The notes: generated by a model from the letters alone, not told the origin. DNA of 64,000 nucleotides from Spirochaetaceae bacterium (GCA_051531975.1 JAOPTT010000006.1:558977-622976), one strand, 5' to 3'; shown: positions 22,388-32,655, counted from the first letter of the stretch. A program made the numbers and translations.

Positions 22388-23050
22388 ATGATAAATTCAA
22401 AAAAATGGTTATTAAAAAATATAACTTTACATACTCATGATAATAAAACAGAAGAGTTTTTTAATGGTTTAACCCATTTATTAGGTATTATATTATCCAT
22501 AATTGGTCTTGTTTTATTATTTTTGAAAGAGACTCAAACAATACACTTTAAGGGTGCTACAATAGTTTATGGATTTACTATGTTGCTGTTATTTAGTGCT
22601 TCAACAGCTTATCATTGGCTGAAGGACCCTGTTTTAAAACGAATAGGTAGGATTCTTGACCATTGTAATATTTATTTATTAATTGCAGGAACATATACAC
22701 CCATCGCGTTTTATGTAGGTGGAAAATTTGGAATTACGATAATTATTGTAGAGTGGTCTTTAACAATTTTAGGTATTCTTTTTACTTTAAGATTCTGGGG
22801 TAAATTAAAACCTCTTCATATTGTATTTTATCTATTGATGGGTTGGATGATAGTTTTTATCTGGTCTGATTTCATATTAACGGTACCAAAAGAGTTATCA
22901 ATTATGATTATTATAGGTGGTCTTTTTTATACACTAGGCGTAATAATATATGCGCTTAAAAAAGTACCTTTTTATCATGCAGTATGGCACCTTTTTGTTG
23001 TTGGTGGTGCATCATCAATGTTTTTAGGGATTTATAAATATTTATCATGA
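22388..23050 (+). CDS. Hemolysin III/PAQR family membrane protein
   Basis: EE..N..TH, STAYH, DH..IYLLIAGTYTP, HAVWHLFV. Confidence 0.93.
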   Translation: MINSKKWLLKNITLHTHDNKTEEFFNGLTHLLGIILSIIGLVLLFLKETQTIHFKGATIVYGFTMLLLFSASTAYHWLKDPVLKRIGRILDHCNIYLLIAGTYTPIAFYVGGKFGITIIIVEWSLTILGILFTLRFWGKLKPLHIVFYLLMGWMIVFIWSDFILTVPKELSIMIIIGGLFYTLGVIIYALKKVPFYHAVWHLFVVGGASSMFLGIYKYLS

Positions 23051-23643
23051 AAAAAATCAGATCAAAAGAAGAGTTTAAAAAACTTTTTGAGATATTAAAA
23101 GTTTCATATATATCTGAATATATTATTGAATACCCATCTTTGTTAGATATTGATCCATATGAATCAAAATATTATCTGGATAATAAAAATGAATTTGATC
23201 AGTTATACGCAACCTATGGAACTAAAATAAGAGATAGATATGTCTCTGATGTCTATGTGGCTCTTACAAAGTCTAAAGGTTATGGTTTATTTACCAATAA
23301 AACTATTCAAGTTGATAGTTTTATTGGTGTTTATATTGGAGTTATCAAAGAAGAAGATGAAATGGTAGCTTTTGATGATAGTGGATACGATACAGATTAT
23401 GCATGGGATTATCCAGATGAGATAGATAACTTCCCTATCCTAGAAATAAATGCTAAATACAGTGGAAATGAATTAAGATTTGTAAATCATGATTTAGAAC
23501 CAAATATTAGAGTTGAACATACAATTGTTGATAATATGTGGTATATTTTTTTTGTTGCAGATAGAACTATTAATAAAGATGAAGAGTTCAGCATCTCATA
23601 TGGAGAGGCATATTGGGACACGGACCATAGAACTTTAAATTAA
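23047..23643 (+). CDS. SET-domain protein (lysine methyltransferase fold)
   Basis: KGYGLF, YIG, RFVNH..PN, EE..ISYG..YW. Confidence 0.9.
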   Translation: MKKIRSKEEFKKLFEILKVSYISEYIIEYPSLLDIDPYESKYYLDNKNEFDQLYATYGTKIRDRYVSDVYVALTKSKGYGLFTNKTIQVDSFIGVYIGVIKEEDEMVAFDDSGYDTDYAWDYPDEIDNFPILEINAKYSGNELRFVNHDLEPNIRVEHTIVDNMWYIFFVADRTINKDEEFSISYGEAYWDTDHRTLN

Positions 23644-24827
23644 TAAAACCAATTGACACTGTCTATTTGAATCTCTTCTATAGATGTTAAGATTCTTACT
23701 AAAATGTCATTCATTATATCAAATCCATCATCTGTTAATTTGTAATAATCAGTATTAATAATAAGAGAGCCTTCATTAATTAAATCTTCTGTTATAGGAA
23801 TACAATCTCCTATATTTTTCTTAAATATTTCATAAAACCTTTTAATATCAACACCTTTTTTTAATCGAAGCCCCATTATTACATAGTCCTCAAAAAAGTT
23901 TTTAGGTGATAAAAGTTCTACGTCTTCACCCCATGATTGATCTTTTCCTTTTAAAAAAGTTTTAATTGATTTACTGTTGGTTACTCTTAATAAGTTGTCA
24001 TTTTCATCTAATAATGTTGAAACTGCTCCAGGACCAATTCCTAAATATGGTTTTAACTCCCAATAATTAATATTGTGAAGACATGGATATTTTTTAGTAT
24101 AATTTGAAACTTCATAATTATTATATCCAGCTGCTTTTAATAAAGATCTTCCTTCTAGCCATATATCTTCACTTAAATCATCTTCTAAAGCTTCAAGTAA
24201 TCCCTTAGAGACTTCATCTTCTAATACTGTACCTTCTTCCAAGGACAATGCATAAAATGAAATATGGTCAGGATTATATTCAAGAGCCTTTTTAATATCC
24301 ATTGTTATCATTTTTTTGTTTTGATAAGGTACCGAAGATATTAGATCTATACTAAATTGCTTAACCCAATATTTTTTAACTAGTAACATAGCTTTTTCAA
24401 TAATATTTAAGGTAGATTCTCTTCCTAATGTAGATAAAGTTATATTGTTAAAACTTTGAATACCAATACTAAGTCTATTTACTCCAAAGTTATTACAAAC
24501 ATTTATAAATTCTTTAGTGATAGATTCTGGATTAGATTCAATACTGAATTCTTTTAAATTGGGACAAGAAGTATGCAAAAAAGATAATAACCTAGACAAT
24601 TCAGGTATTGGAAGCATTGATGGAGTTCCTCCACCAATAAAAATAGTCTCTACCAATGGGCTGTTTAACTTTTTATTCCAATATTTGAACTGTTCAATGA
24701 TCTCAGTTATTACTTTTGGTATTCTTTCAAAATCTATTGTCTCAGAATAAAAATCACAATATTTGCATTTAGAACTACAAAAAGGAATATGAATATAGAG
24801 AGAAATTTTAGAAGATTTTAAATTCAT
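23640..24827 (-). CDS. hemW: Radical SAM heme chaperone HemW (HemN-like)
   Basis: YIHIPFC..KCKYCDF, GGGTPS, YEVSNY, HNINYW. Confidence 0.92.
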   Translation of the reverse strand: MNLKSSKISLYIHIPFCSSKCKYCDFYSETIDFERIPKVITEIIEQFKYWNKKLNSPLVETIFIGGGTPSMLPIPELSRLLSFLHTSCPNLKEFSIESNPESITKEFINVCNNFGVNRLSIGIQSFNNITLSTLGRESTLNIIEKAMLLVKKYWVKQFSIDLISSVPYQNKKMITMDIKKALEYNPDHISFYALSLEEGTVLEDEVSKGLLEALEDDLSEDIWLEGRSLLKAAGYNNYEVSNYTKKYPCLHNINYWELKPYLGIGPGAVSTLLDENDNLLRVTNSKSIKTFLKGKDQSWGEDVELLSPKNFFEDYVIMGLRLKKGVDIKRFYEIFKKNIGDCIPITEDLINEGSLIINTDYYKLTDDGFDIMNDILVRILTSIEEIQIDSVNWFY

Positions 24828-25545
24828 TTAATGGCCAATATTTTAATAAAACCCTACCAATAATATGTGATTCATCTATAGCACCAAAGATACGGGAGTC
24901 ATTTATAGTTTCTCTATTATCTGCTATTAGAAAATACTGACCAGTTTCTATATATACTTCATCTAATTCAGTAGAAAATGGAAAATCTGTTTTCCAAACT
25001 TTTGATATATTTTTTTTACTAATATCATAATCAATTTCAGTAAGTTCAAACTCACTTAGAAAAAAGACACCATCAGATGTCTTTATATATACAGTACTAT
25101 CCTTTATTTTAATAGAATCTCCTGGAATACCAACAACTCTAAGAAGTTCGCCTCGTCCTCTATATTCTTCATTGTCATATAACAATGATCTCTTCTGTAG
25201 AGTAAAAATTCTTACTATTGGATCTAAAATGTGTTCAAATAAACCCGCCTGTTTACTATAGTTTGTACTTGTTAAAACTAATTCCCCCCGGCGAAGGTTA
25301 CTATTAAGATTTTGTTTTAGTACTGAATCAAGATTTTTAGATGGTAATAATATTAACGAGTCCTTTTGATTAAGAGATGGTAACATCGAATCACTATTTA
25401 CACCAATTGTTAAAGCAATAAAAGATGTGAATAGGGAGTAAAAAACTATTAAAAACAGTATCCGTACAAAGTATGTTCTAAATCTTTTTGTCTGAGATTT
25501 TTTATCTCGGTATGATCGATATTTCTTATTTGATGATCTACTCAT
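24808..25545 (-). CDS. lepB: Signal peptidase I paralog, catalytic Lys apparently replaced
   Basis: SMLPSL and DNR...DSR.FG boxes present; box D reads LLRVVGIPGD rather than .KR..G.PGD. Confidence 0.8.
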   Translation of the reverse strand: MSRSSNKKYRSYRDKKSQTKRFRTYFVRILFLIVFYSLFTSFIALTIGVNSDSMLPSLNQKDSLILLPSKNLDSVLKQNLNSNLRRGELVLTSTNYSKQAGLFEHILDPIVRIFTLQKRSLLYDNEEYRGRGELLRVVGIPGDSIKIKDSTVYIKTSDGVFFLSEFELTEIDYDISKKNISKVWKTDFPFSTELDEVYIETGQYFLIADNRETINDSRIFGAIDESHIIGRVLLKYWPLNEFKIF

Positions 25546-25547
25546 AT

Positions 25548-26489
25548 TTATTTAACTACTCCGATTCTTTTAATAGGCCAGAAATTAAAACTAGCTTGTC
25601 CTAAAACTTCTGATTCCTTAATTGGACCAAAATATCGCCCATCTTTTGAATTATCTCTATTATCTCCCAATGGAAGGATCCAACCCTTAGGAACATAAAT
25701 ACCAGTACTCTGTTTATTAAATTCTTGATAATAGTTTAACATTGAAGGTGATAAATGGGAAAGATATTTATAATTTGATAAAATACTAAAATATTTGTCT
25801 TGGTAATAGACTGATGATTTATTGTTTTGATTGTTATAAACACTAGATCTAATATTTTGATCAATTTCAAAATACCTCTCTTTTACCAATAGACGGTTTG
25901 TATTATAATTTAATTTAGAAATATCTTTAAAACTACCCTCATGTAGATAATCACTTTCACCTTGTGGTTTTATATAAAGTTCTCCATTTCTAAATTGAAC
26001 AATATCACCATCAGCTGCTATTGAACGTTTAATTAAGAAATGATGTGCTGGATTACCATCTGAATCTTTATCGATATCTATCATAGATAAAGTTAACATA
26101 AAGGTTAGTCTTTGCACTAAATCAAAAACTGGACCCTTTGAGACATATTCAGGATTTTCGAAGATAATGATATCGGTTCTATTGGGTGACTCTATTCCAG
26201 TCATTTTTTTTATACCAGGAAGTAATTCTGGTCCATAGATAAATTTATTAACAAATATTCTATCACCAACTAGCAATGTATTTTCCATTGATTTCGAAGG
26301 TATGACATAAGCTTGAAACAGATATTGATTTAGTAATAAAACGACTCCAGCAGCCCATATAAATGCACCTACCCAGTCTAATATAGGATGTAATTTTTTT
26401 TGTTTCTCACTTTTTATAAAAGAGGATCTTTTTTTATATGTTAATATGTTTTCTGTGAATTTTATTAATCGATTAACCACTATATGCAT
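25548..26489 (-). CDS. lepB: Signal peptidase I
   Basis: PSKSMENTL, IKRSIA, GDNRDNSKDGRYFG. Confidence 0.93.
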   Translation of the reverse strand: MHIVVNRLIKFTENILTYKKRSSFIKSEKQKKLHPILDWVGAFIWAAGVVLLLNQYLFQAYVIPSKSMENTLLVGDRIFVNKFIYGPELLPGIKKMTGIESPNRTDIIIFENPEYVSKGPVFDLVQRLTFMLTLSMIDIDKDSDGNPAHHFLIKRSIAADGDIVQFRNGELYIKPQGESDYLHEGSFKDISKLNYNTNRLLVKERYFEIDQNIRSSVYNNQNNKSSVYYQDKYFSILSNYKYLSHLSPSMLNYYQEFNKQSTGIYVPKGWILPLGDNRDNSKDGRYFGPIKESEVLGQASFNFWPIKRIGVVK

Positions 26490-26518
26490 TCTGATAAAAT
26501 AACATTAATTAGGATTTA

Positions 26519-26547
26519 TTGACAAGAGATTTCATCATTCATATAAT
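26519..26547 (+). promoter_or_regulatory. Consensus sigma70 promoter for the PEGA gene-smpB unit
   Basis: TTGACA (26519-26524), 17 bp, TATAAT (26542-26547). Confidence 0.8.
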
Positions 26548-26552
26548 GCGAT

Positions 26553-28001
26553 ATGATTTTTAGAAATAAAGAAAAAATTGATGCTTCTCATATAAATATA
26601 ACATTAAAACCATTTTTAAATATTAAACCTCAAATTTATATTCCAATTATATATTCAGTTATTTTTGCTATAGTATTTTTTACTATAATTATTCTACCCG
26701 GAATATTAAAAAATGGTACAGAATTAAATATTACATCAACTCCAGGGAATGCTTCTGTTTATATTGATGATGTTAGGATTGGTTCAACACCATTAAAAGT
26801 GTTTGTAGAGAAAGGCAAAAAAACTATACTAATAAAGAAAGATAATTTTATTGATGTTTTAATAGATAAAAAAGTTCGTGGTAAGTTATTTTTCTCTCTA
26901 TTTAATAAAAAAAGGGAGGATATACATACAAATTTATTATCTAAAAATGGAAAACAAATATTAGAAAATGCATATTTAGAAATGTCACGGTGGAGTTTAA
27001 TTAATAATAAAGATGTAAAAAATAGATACAGGATACCTTCTTTATTGTCTTTAAGTGTTAAAGATTATTACAGATCAACTGATTTTGATAAAAAAACATT
27101 AGATAATTATCTATTATCTTCAATTAAATTAGTTACAAATGAGAACATCTTTAGCGATTATCTTAGAGCAATTATGATTTCTGAATCCGACTATAGACTT
27201 CCATCAATATCATCTATTAAAAATAGTATTATTTTTGTTAATAACATTGTTGAAGAGAATCCAAATACTCCTCTTCTATTATATAATGAGATTTTAAAAG
27301 ATATAAAATCTGATAATAAATATTACAAATTGTTAACTGATAGACACAGAAAAATTATAAATAAAAATGTAATCTCTTTTGAAGATCCAAAGGATGATGT
27401 AGATATAGGAAGTATGACTTTTAAATATATCCCAAATTCAAATATCACACCTTATGATGTTAATTTTATTCATAACATAACTGAGGAAAGTTTTTACATA
27501 TCTGAACTTATGGTCTCTAAGGAAAACTATCTAGATTTTGTATCAAAAAATCCAGAATGGAATACTGAAAATAAAGATTCCTTAGTTTCTGATAAATTAG
27601 TTGATAACTATTATCTTAGTTTTGAAAACAGTGAAGAGTATATAACAAATGTTTCTTATTTTGCTGCATTAGCTTGGTGTAAGTGGGCTAACTCATATTA
27701 TGAAATACCTGAGGGTTGGATTATTAATTTACCAACAGAAAACATGTGGTTTAGTGCAGTATTATACGGTATTAATCTTAATGTTGAGGCTTGGCAGTGG
27801 ACCGATCAAGGATTTTACCTTTATGATCATTTTTTAACTAATAATAATGGTGTACCTATTACTCCATTTACAGATATAACACCAAGACTTGTAGTTGGTG
27901 AAAATAAGTATAATACAAAAGCAGAATCAGGACGAGGTGTACAAGAAGCAAACTGGTGCACTCCATTTTTAAGTTTTAGACCAGTTCTGGTAAAGGAATA
28001 G
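26553..28001 (+). CDS. Membrane-anchored PEGA-domain protein with FGE-sulfatase-like C-terminus
   Basis: TM helix; ITSTP.NASVYIDD..IGSTPL (PEGA); VS...A.AWCKW, LPTE..W, WQW, FRPV. Confidence 0.8.
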   Translation: MIFRNKEKIDASHINITLKPFLNIKPQIYIPIIYSVIFAIVFFTIIILPGILKNGTELNITSTPGNASVYIDDVRIGSTPLKVFVEKGKKTILIKKDNFIDVLIDKKVRGKLFFSLFNKKREDIHTNLLSKNGKQILENAYLEMSRWSLINNKDVKNRYRIPSLLSLSVKDYYRSTDFDKKTLDNYLLSSIKLVTNENIFSDYLRAIMISESDYRLPSISSIKNSIIFVNNIVEENPNTPLLLYNEILKDIKSDNKYYKLLTDRHRKIINKNVISFEDPKDDVDIGSMTFKYIPNSNITPYDVNFIHNITEESFYISELMVSKENYLDFVSKNPEWNTENKDSLVSDKLVDNYYLSFENSEEYITNVSYFAALAWCKWANSYYEIPEGWIINLPTENMWFSAVLYGINLNVEAWQWTDQGFYLYDHFLTNNNGVPITPFTDITPRLVVGENKYNTKAESGRGVQEANWCTPFLSFRPVLVKE

Positions 28002-28003
28002 TT

Positions 28004-28468
28004 ATGGCAAAAAAAAAGGAAGCTCCTGGTACGCTAGGAAAAAATAGAAAAGCATTTTTTAATTACAGTATCGAAGAGAGTCTTGAATGTGGAATAGAAT
28101 TAAAAGGGACAGAAGTTAAATCTTTAAGAGATCACCAATTTGCATTTGTAGATTGTTATTGTGAGATTAAAGATAATCAGCTTTGGCTTTATAAATTAAA
28201 TATTAATACTTATGGTTTTGGAAACATACATAACCATATAACAGATAGACCTAGAAGACTTCTTGTGCATTCTAAAGAGATAGATAAATTAGAAAGAAAA
28301 ACAAGGGAGAAAGGTTTTACTCTAATACCCTTAAAATTCTATTTAAAGGGTTCTTTAGTAAAAGTAGAAGTAGGTCTCTGTAAAGGTAAAAAACTCTATG
28401 ATAAAAGAGATACAATAAAGAATAGAGATATGGATAGAGATCAGAGTCGAAAAAGTAAATTCGATTAA
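28004..28468 (+). CDS. smpB: SsrA-binding protein
   Basis: NRKA..NY, GIELKGTEVKSLR, R.LL.H..EI, GKKLYDKR. Confidence 0.97.
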   Translation: MAKKKEAPGTLGKNRKAFFNYSIEESLECGIELKGTEVKSLRDHQFAFVDCYCEIKDNQLWLYKLNINTYGFGNIHNHITDRPRRLLVHSKEIDKLERKTREKGFTLIPLKFYLKGSLVKVEVGLCKGKKLYDKRDTIKNRDMDRDQSRKSKFD

Positions 28469-28627
28469 ATGAACTAATGAATATGCCTTTAAAATATTCA
28501 AATCCAGTACAACATTATATTTAATACTCAGCTATAACTATACTTTAAAGTTTAAAATAACCATTTTATTTTTGGCTTATTTGCTATTACAACCATATCA
28601 TATTATCATTTAATATGAGGTAATTTA

Positions 28628-29008
28628 ATGAAAATTTTAGTTATTGATGATTCTACTGTAATGAGAAGAATACATATGAATTTATTAAAAGAGATTGGAT
28701 TTAACAAAAGTGATATTTTAGAAGCGGAAAATGGTGAAGTTGCACTTAAACTAAGTTTAGATAATGATATAAAACTATTTTTACTAGATTGGAATATGCC
28801 TAGACTAAATGGTTTGGATTTTACAAAAAATATTCGGTCTTTAGAAAAGTATAAAAAAATTCCAATTATAATGGTTACATCAGAGGCTGCAAAATATCAT
28901 GTAGTTGAGGCAATAAAAGCAGGTGTAACAAATTATGTAGTAAAACCGATAAAAAGTGATGTCTTAGTTGAAAAGATTAGTAAATATGTAAAAACTGGTA
29001 AAATGTAA
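28628..29008 (+). CDS. cheY: CheY-like single-domain response regulator
   Basis: VIDD, LDWNMP..NG, MVTSE, YVVKP. Confidence 0.85.
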   Translation: MKILVIDDSTVMRRIHMNLLKEIGFNKSDILEAENGEVALKLSLDNDIKLFLLDWNMPRLNGLDFTKNIRSLEKYKKIPIIMVTSEAAKYHVVEAIKAGVTNYVVKPIKSDVLVEKISKYVKTGKM

Positions 29009-29469
29009 TGAAAGCAAAATTTATTAACCCCTTTATCAGTGCTGCAGAAAAATTATTTATTGAATTTTTAGAATTAGATGTAAAGATTGGAAACCCTTTT
29101 TTAATGGATGGTAAAAATGATCTATATGAAGTTTCTGCCATTATTGGTCTAGCTGGCGATACACAAGGTGCAGTAGTATTAAGTTTTCATTCAGATACTG
29201 CGATACAAATGATAACACTATTTGCACATCATGATTATAAATATCTAACAAACGAAGTTTTAGATGGTGTTGGAGAATTTGTAAATATAATTGTTGGAAA
29301 TGCTAAAAAAGATCTTGAAGATTACCGAATTTCAATATCATTACCAGGTGTAGTTACAGGGAAAGACTATAGAATAAAATGGCCTGATGGTGTTCCAATA
29401 ATAACAATTCCATTTCAATCTGAAATAGGTAATTTTACTTTAAATGTTTCTCTATTGGATGCTATATGA
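29008..29469 (+). CDS. cheX: CheX-family phosphatase (second copy)
   Basis: FINPF, IGLAG...G, GEFVNII.G, ISLP.VV.G. Confidence 0.88.
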   Translation: MKAKFINPFISAAEKLFIEFLELDVKIGNPFLMDGKNDLYEVSAIIGLAGDTQGAVVLSFHSDTAIQMITLFAHHDYKYLTNEVLDGVGEFVNIIVGNAKKDLEDYRISISLPGVVTGKDYRIKWPDGVPIITIPFQSEIGNFTLNVSLLDAI

Positions 29470-31619
29470 AAATAAATTCTATTCAAATCAAAGTTGCTTC
29501 TTTAATAATTCTAATTTTAACAGTATCAATAACCTCTGTATTAATATTTACAACTCAAAATCATAAAAATGAACTTATAAAATCAACAGAGCGAACACTT
29601 TCAATAAATACGGGAATTTTAAATACGGTAATTAGAAATATAATGTTGAGTGGTGAAGCTCCAATTGCTACAAAAACTGTTCAAGATCTTAAAACCTTAC
29701 CATCCTTAACTGAAGTTTCTATATATAGAATTGATGGTACGACAGCTTTTAGTGATTATGAAACTATTGATAAGGTTAATAACTATCAGGATACTATTAT
29801 GTTTTCTAAAACTAATCGTATAGAAAATATGATGGCAAATAATTCAAATTTTAATGAAGTTTTAAAAAGTAGAACACCTAAACAAAATGAATTAATTGAA
29901 ACTCAAGAATTAGAGTATTATTTCCCTATTTTAAATTATAAAGAGTGTAGAACATGTCATGGTGATGAAGAATTCATTAGAGGAATTGTCCACTTTAAAA
30001 TTTCTCTTAAAGGTGTTTATAAGACAATAGCTACTTCTACTAAAATAACAACAATATTATTTATTGCAATTGGTATTCTTATTACTTTTTTACTATATAT
30101 ATCTTTAAAAAAAATAGTTTTAAAACCTATAAAAACAATATCTTATGTTGTAAATGAAGTAGGTTCTGGGAATTTAGAAGAGAGAGTTATATTAGATAAT
30201 AAAGATGAACTAGGAACCTTAGGGGCTTATATTAATAATATGATTGTAGGTCTTAAAGAAAGAAATTCTCTACTTATAACTAATCGTGTAATAGAAGCAA
30301 AAAACAGGGAAAATAAAAAATATCTTGATAATATTCAAGAAGGTTTAGTTCTTTTAGATAAAGAATTTAACATTACAGGAATATATTCACTTTATTTCAA
30401 AAAATTGTTTAAAATAGATAATCCTGAGGGTGTATCTATAGAAAAACTAATTTATTCTAATAATGGTTCAACTGAGTTTATTGAATTTCTAGATCTTATA
30501 ATGAATAGTTTACATGCTGATATGGATATGTTATTAGAAATTAATCCTATAGATAATACATCTGTAGTTTTATTTGATAAAAGTAAAATTATTATTGATG
30601 CTTATTTTGCTAGAGTTTTTAACGCAGATGATGAAGTCGAAAATATTATGGTAATTTTTAAAGACCGTACAAAAATAATTCAAGCTGAAGAAGAATTAAA
30701 AAAAGAGAAATTGAAAGGTCTAAGTGAGTTGGAGATAATTTCTTCAATGTTAAAATTAGGAAATAAGGACTTTGAGTCTCTAATTACTGATTTAAAATTA
30801 ATAATTGATAGTATGGAAACTTTTTATGAAAACAATTCTCCTGATAATAAAAATATACTTCTTAGAGACTTACATACCTTAAAAGGTATAGCAAACTACC
30901 TTGGATTCAGACAACTCTCAGAATTACTACATACATCGGAGACATCTATAGCTGATAATAATTCAGAGTTTATTAAGAAAACTTCATCTGAATTAAAATC
31001 AGAATATGAATTGATTGTGTCTATATATGAAAAATTTCAAAGTTTTATAGAAAACAGTGTTGATAAAGATCCATTAAAAAGATTCTTTAATATATTAACA
31101 ACAATGATCAATGAAACTTCAAAGAAGTTAGAGAAAGAAGTTAACTTTAAAATAGAAAGTAATATAGATGAATTCCCCTATCTAGAAGAATTAAAAGGTT
31201 CAATTATTCATTTACTAAGAAATGCAATTGATCATGGAATTGAAGATACATTTGAAAGAATAGAAAGGGGTAAATCTGGTATTGGGACTATTACTTTGAA
31301 ACTATTAGAAAATAAAAATAACTATTTAATAGATATTGAAGATGATGGTAATGGTCTTGATTTTAATCTAATACAAAAAAAAGCAATAGAGAAAGGTATA
31401 ACAAAAAGATTAGATTTGACTCATAATGAATTAACAACAATTCTATTTAAACCAGCCTTTAGTTCAAAAGAAAATATATCCGAAACATCAGGTCGAGGTT
31501 TTGGATTAGATGCTGTAAAAGACAGTGTATATAAATTAAAAGGCACTATAAATATTAAAAATAGAAACTTAAATGGAACTACATTTCAAATTAAATTGCC
31601 AAAGGGAGATAGCTTATGA
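29466..31619 (+). CDS. Membrane-bound CheA-like kinase: periplasmic CxxCH heme-c sensor, HAMP, PAS-like, Hpt and HATPase domains; no CheW domain
   Basis: Two TM helices flank CRTCH; HAMP (DELGTLG); LHTLKG Hpt; HLLRNAIDHG, DDGNG, SGRGFGL, GTTF; ends right after the ATPase domain. Confidence 0.85.
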   Translation: MKINSIQIKVASLIILILTVSITSVLIFTTQNHKNELIKSTERTLSINTGILNTVIRNIMLSGEAPIATKTVQDLKTLPSLTEVSIYRIDGTTAFSDYETIDKVNNYQDTIMFSKTNRIENMMANNSNFNEVLKSRTPKQNELIETQELEYYFPILNYKECRTCHGDEEFIRGIVHFKISLKGVYKTIATSTKITTILFIAIGILITFLLYISLKKIVLKPIKTISYVVNEVGSGNLEERVILDNKDELGTLGAYINNMIVGLKERNSLLITNRVIEAKNRENKKYLDNIQEGLVLLDKEFNITGIYSLYFKKLFKIDNPEGVSIEKLIYSNNGSTEFIEFLDLIMNSLHADMDMLLEINPIDNTSVVLFDKSKIIIDAYFARVFNADDEVENIMVIFKDRTKIIQAEEELKKEKLKGLSELEIISSMLKLGNKDFESLITDLKLIIDSMETFYENNSPDNKNILLRDLHTLKGIANYLGFRQLSELLHTSETSIADNNSEFIKKTSSELKSEYELIVSIYEKFQSFIENSVDKDPLKRFFNILTTMINETSKKLEKEVNFKIESNIDEFPYLEELKGSIIHLLRNAIDHGIEDTFERIERGKSGIGTITLKLLENKNNYLIDIEDDGNGLDFNLIQKKAIEKGITKRLDLTHNELTTILFKPAFSSKENISETSGRGFGLDAVKDSVYKLKGTINIKNRNLNGTTFQIKLPKGDSL

Positions 31620-32113
31620 AATTAATGATATTTATAACTTTATCATTTACATTATTATCCTGTTCAAATAAAAAAGAGGTTATTCTACCACCAATAAGTC
31701 AAGAAAATATATCTGGAACAGTATTGTGGAATCGTATAACAAATGAAACGGACTATAATACCTATTCGTATATGCCAGGACAAGAAGGTCTTAAAAATGG
31801 GCAGAGTCCTCATGGAGTTTTACATAAAATATTTGCAAATAAAATCCTTTTAGATGGTTTGCCTGCTAAAAGTGGCACTGTTCCATACGGTTCTATAATA
31901 GTAAAAGAAAACTATACATCAGATGAAGAATTAGATAAATTAACTGTTATGGTTAAAGTAAAAGATTATAATCCTGAAGCTGGAGACTGGTTCTGGGCAG
32001 CTATAAAACCAAATGGTGAAATACTTGCCGAGGGAACTCCAAAAGGTTGTCTATCATGCCATAGTGGAGTCAAATACAACGATTATATAGTTGTGAAAGA
32101 TATTAGAGAATAA
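31616..32113 (+). CDS. Cytochrome P460/c'-beta family lipoprotein
   Basis: Lipobox LLSC; P.GSIIVKE, VMVK, GDWFW and C-terminal CLSCH. Confidence 0.85.
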   Translation: MKLMIFITLSFTLLSCSNKKEVILPPISQENISGTVLWNRITNETDYNTYSYMPGQEGLKNGQSPHGVLHKIFANKILLDGLPAKSGTVPYGSIIVKENYTSDEELDKLTVMVKVKDYNPEAGDWFWAAIKPNGEILAEGTPKGCLSCHSGVKYNDYIVVKDIRE

Positions 32114-32142
32114 AATAATCCACAATATATAATCGATCTATT

Positions 32143-32655
32143 TTATAGTTTAATTTTAGTGGAAGATCTATAACTATGAATAGATCTAAAGTTGTCTTTT
32201 CTACCAAATGCAAATATAACTTTATATGTAGAACCAACAGTTAGTTTCTGGTCATATTTATCCTTTGTATTTAATTTTCTAGAGAATTTTATTGTGGTAA
32301 ATCCATCATTTTCAGAACCTTCTATCCCTATGATATCATTTGTACCTTTTATTGATGTATCTAATTTATGGGATGTTAAACCTGTAGCAAAATGATCCTC
32401 TATAACTAGTTTTCCATCTTTAACATAACCAATAATAATATCAGCATCTTTCATCATTTTAGTTGGTTCAAATCCAATTGCTACCCACCCTAATGTTTTT
32501 GCTTTAACGGTAAACTCAACTACATCTCCAGTTATTTCCCAAAAAACAGTAATATTATCTTTTTCTAATTTTTTCATCCCTATTTCTTGAGCTAATAAAG
32601 AATTTACAAAATGCAAATATAATAAAACAATTAAAACTTTATATAATTTTTTCAT
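32143..32655 (-). CDS. Secreted DOMON-domain protein
   Basis: Signal peptide; GWVAIGF...MM..ADIIIG, F.RKL.T.D..D, terminal His (heme-b type DOMON pattern). Confidence 0.88.
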   Translation of the reverse strand: MKKLYKVLIVLLYLHFVNSLLAQEIGMKKLEKDNITVFWEITGDVVEFTVKAKTLGWVAIGFEPTKMMKDADIIIGYVKDGKLVIEDHFATGLTSHKLDTSIKGTNDIIGIEGSENDGFTTIKFSRKLNTKDKYDQKLTVGSTYKVIFAFGRKDNFRSIHSYRSSTKIKL

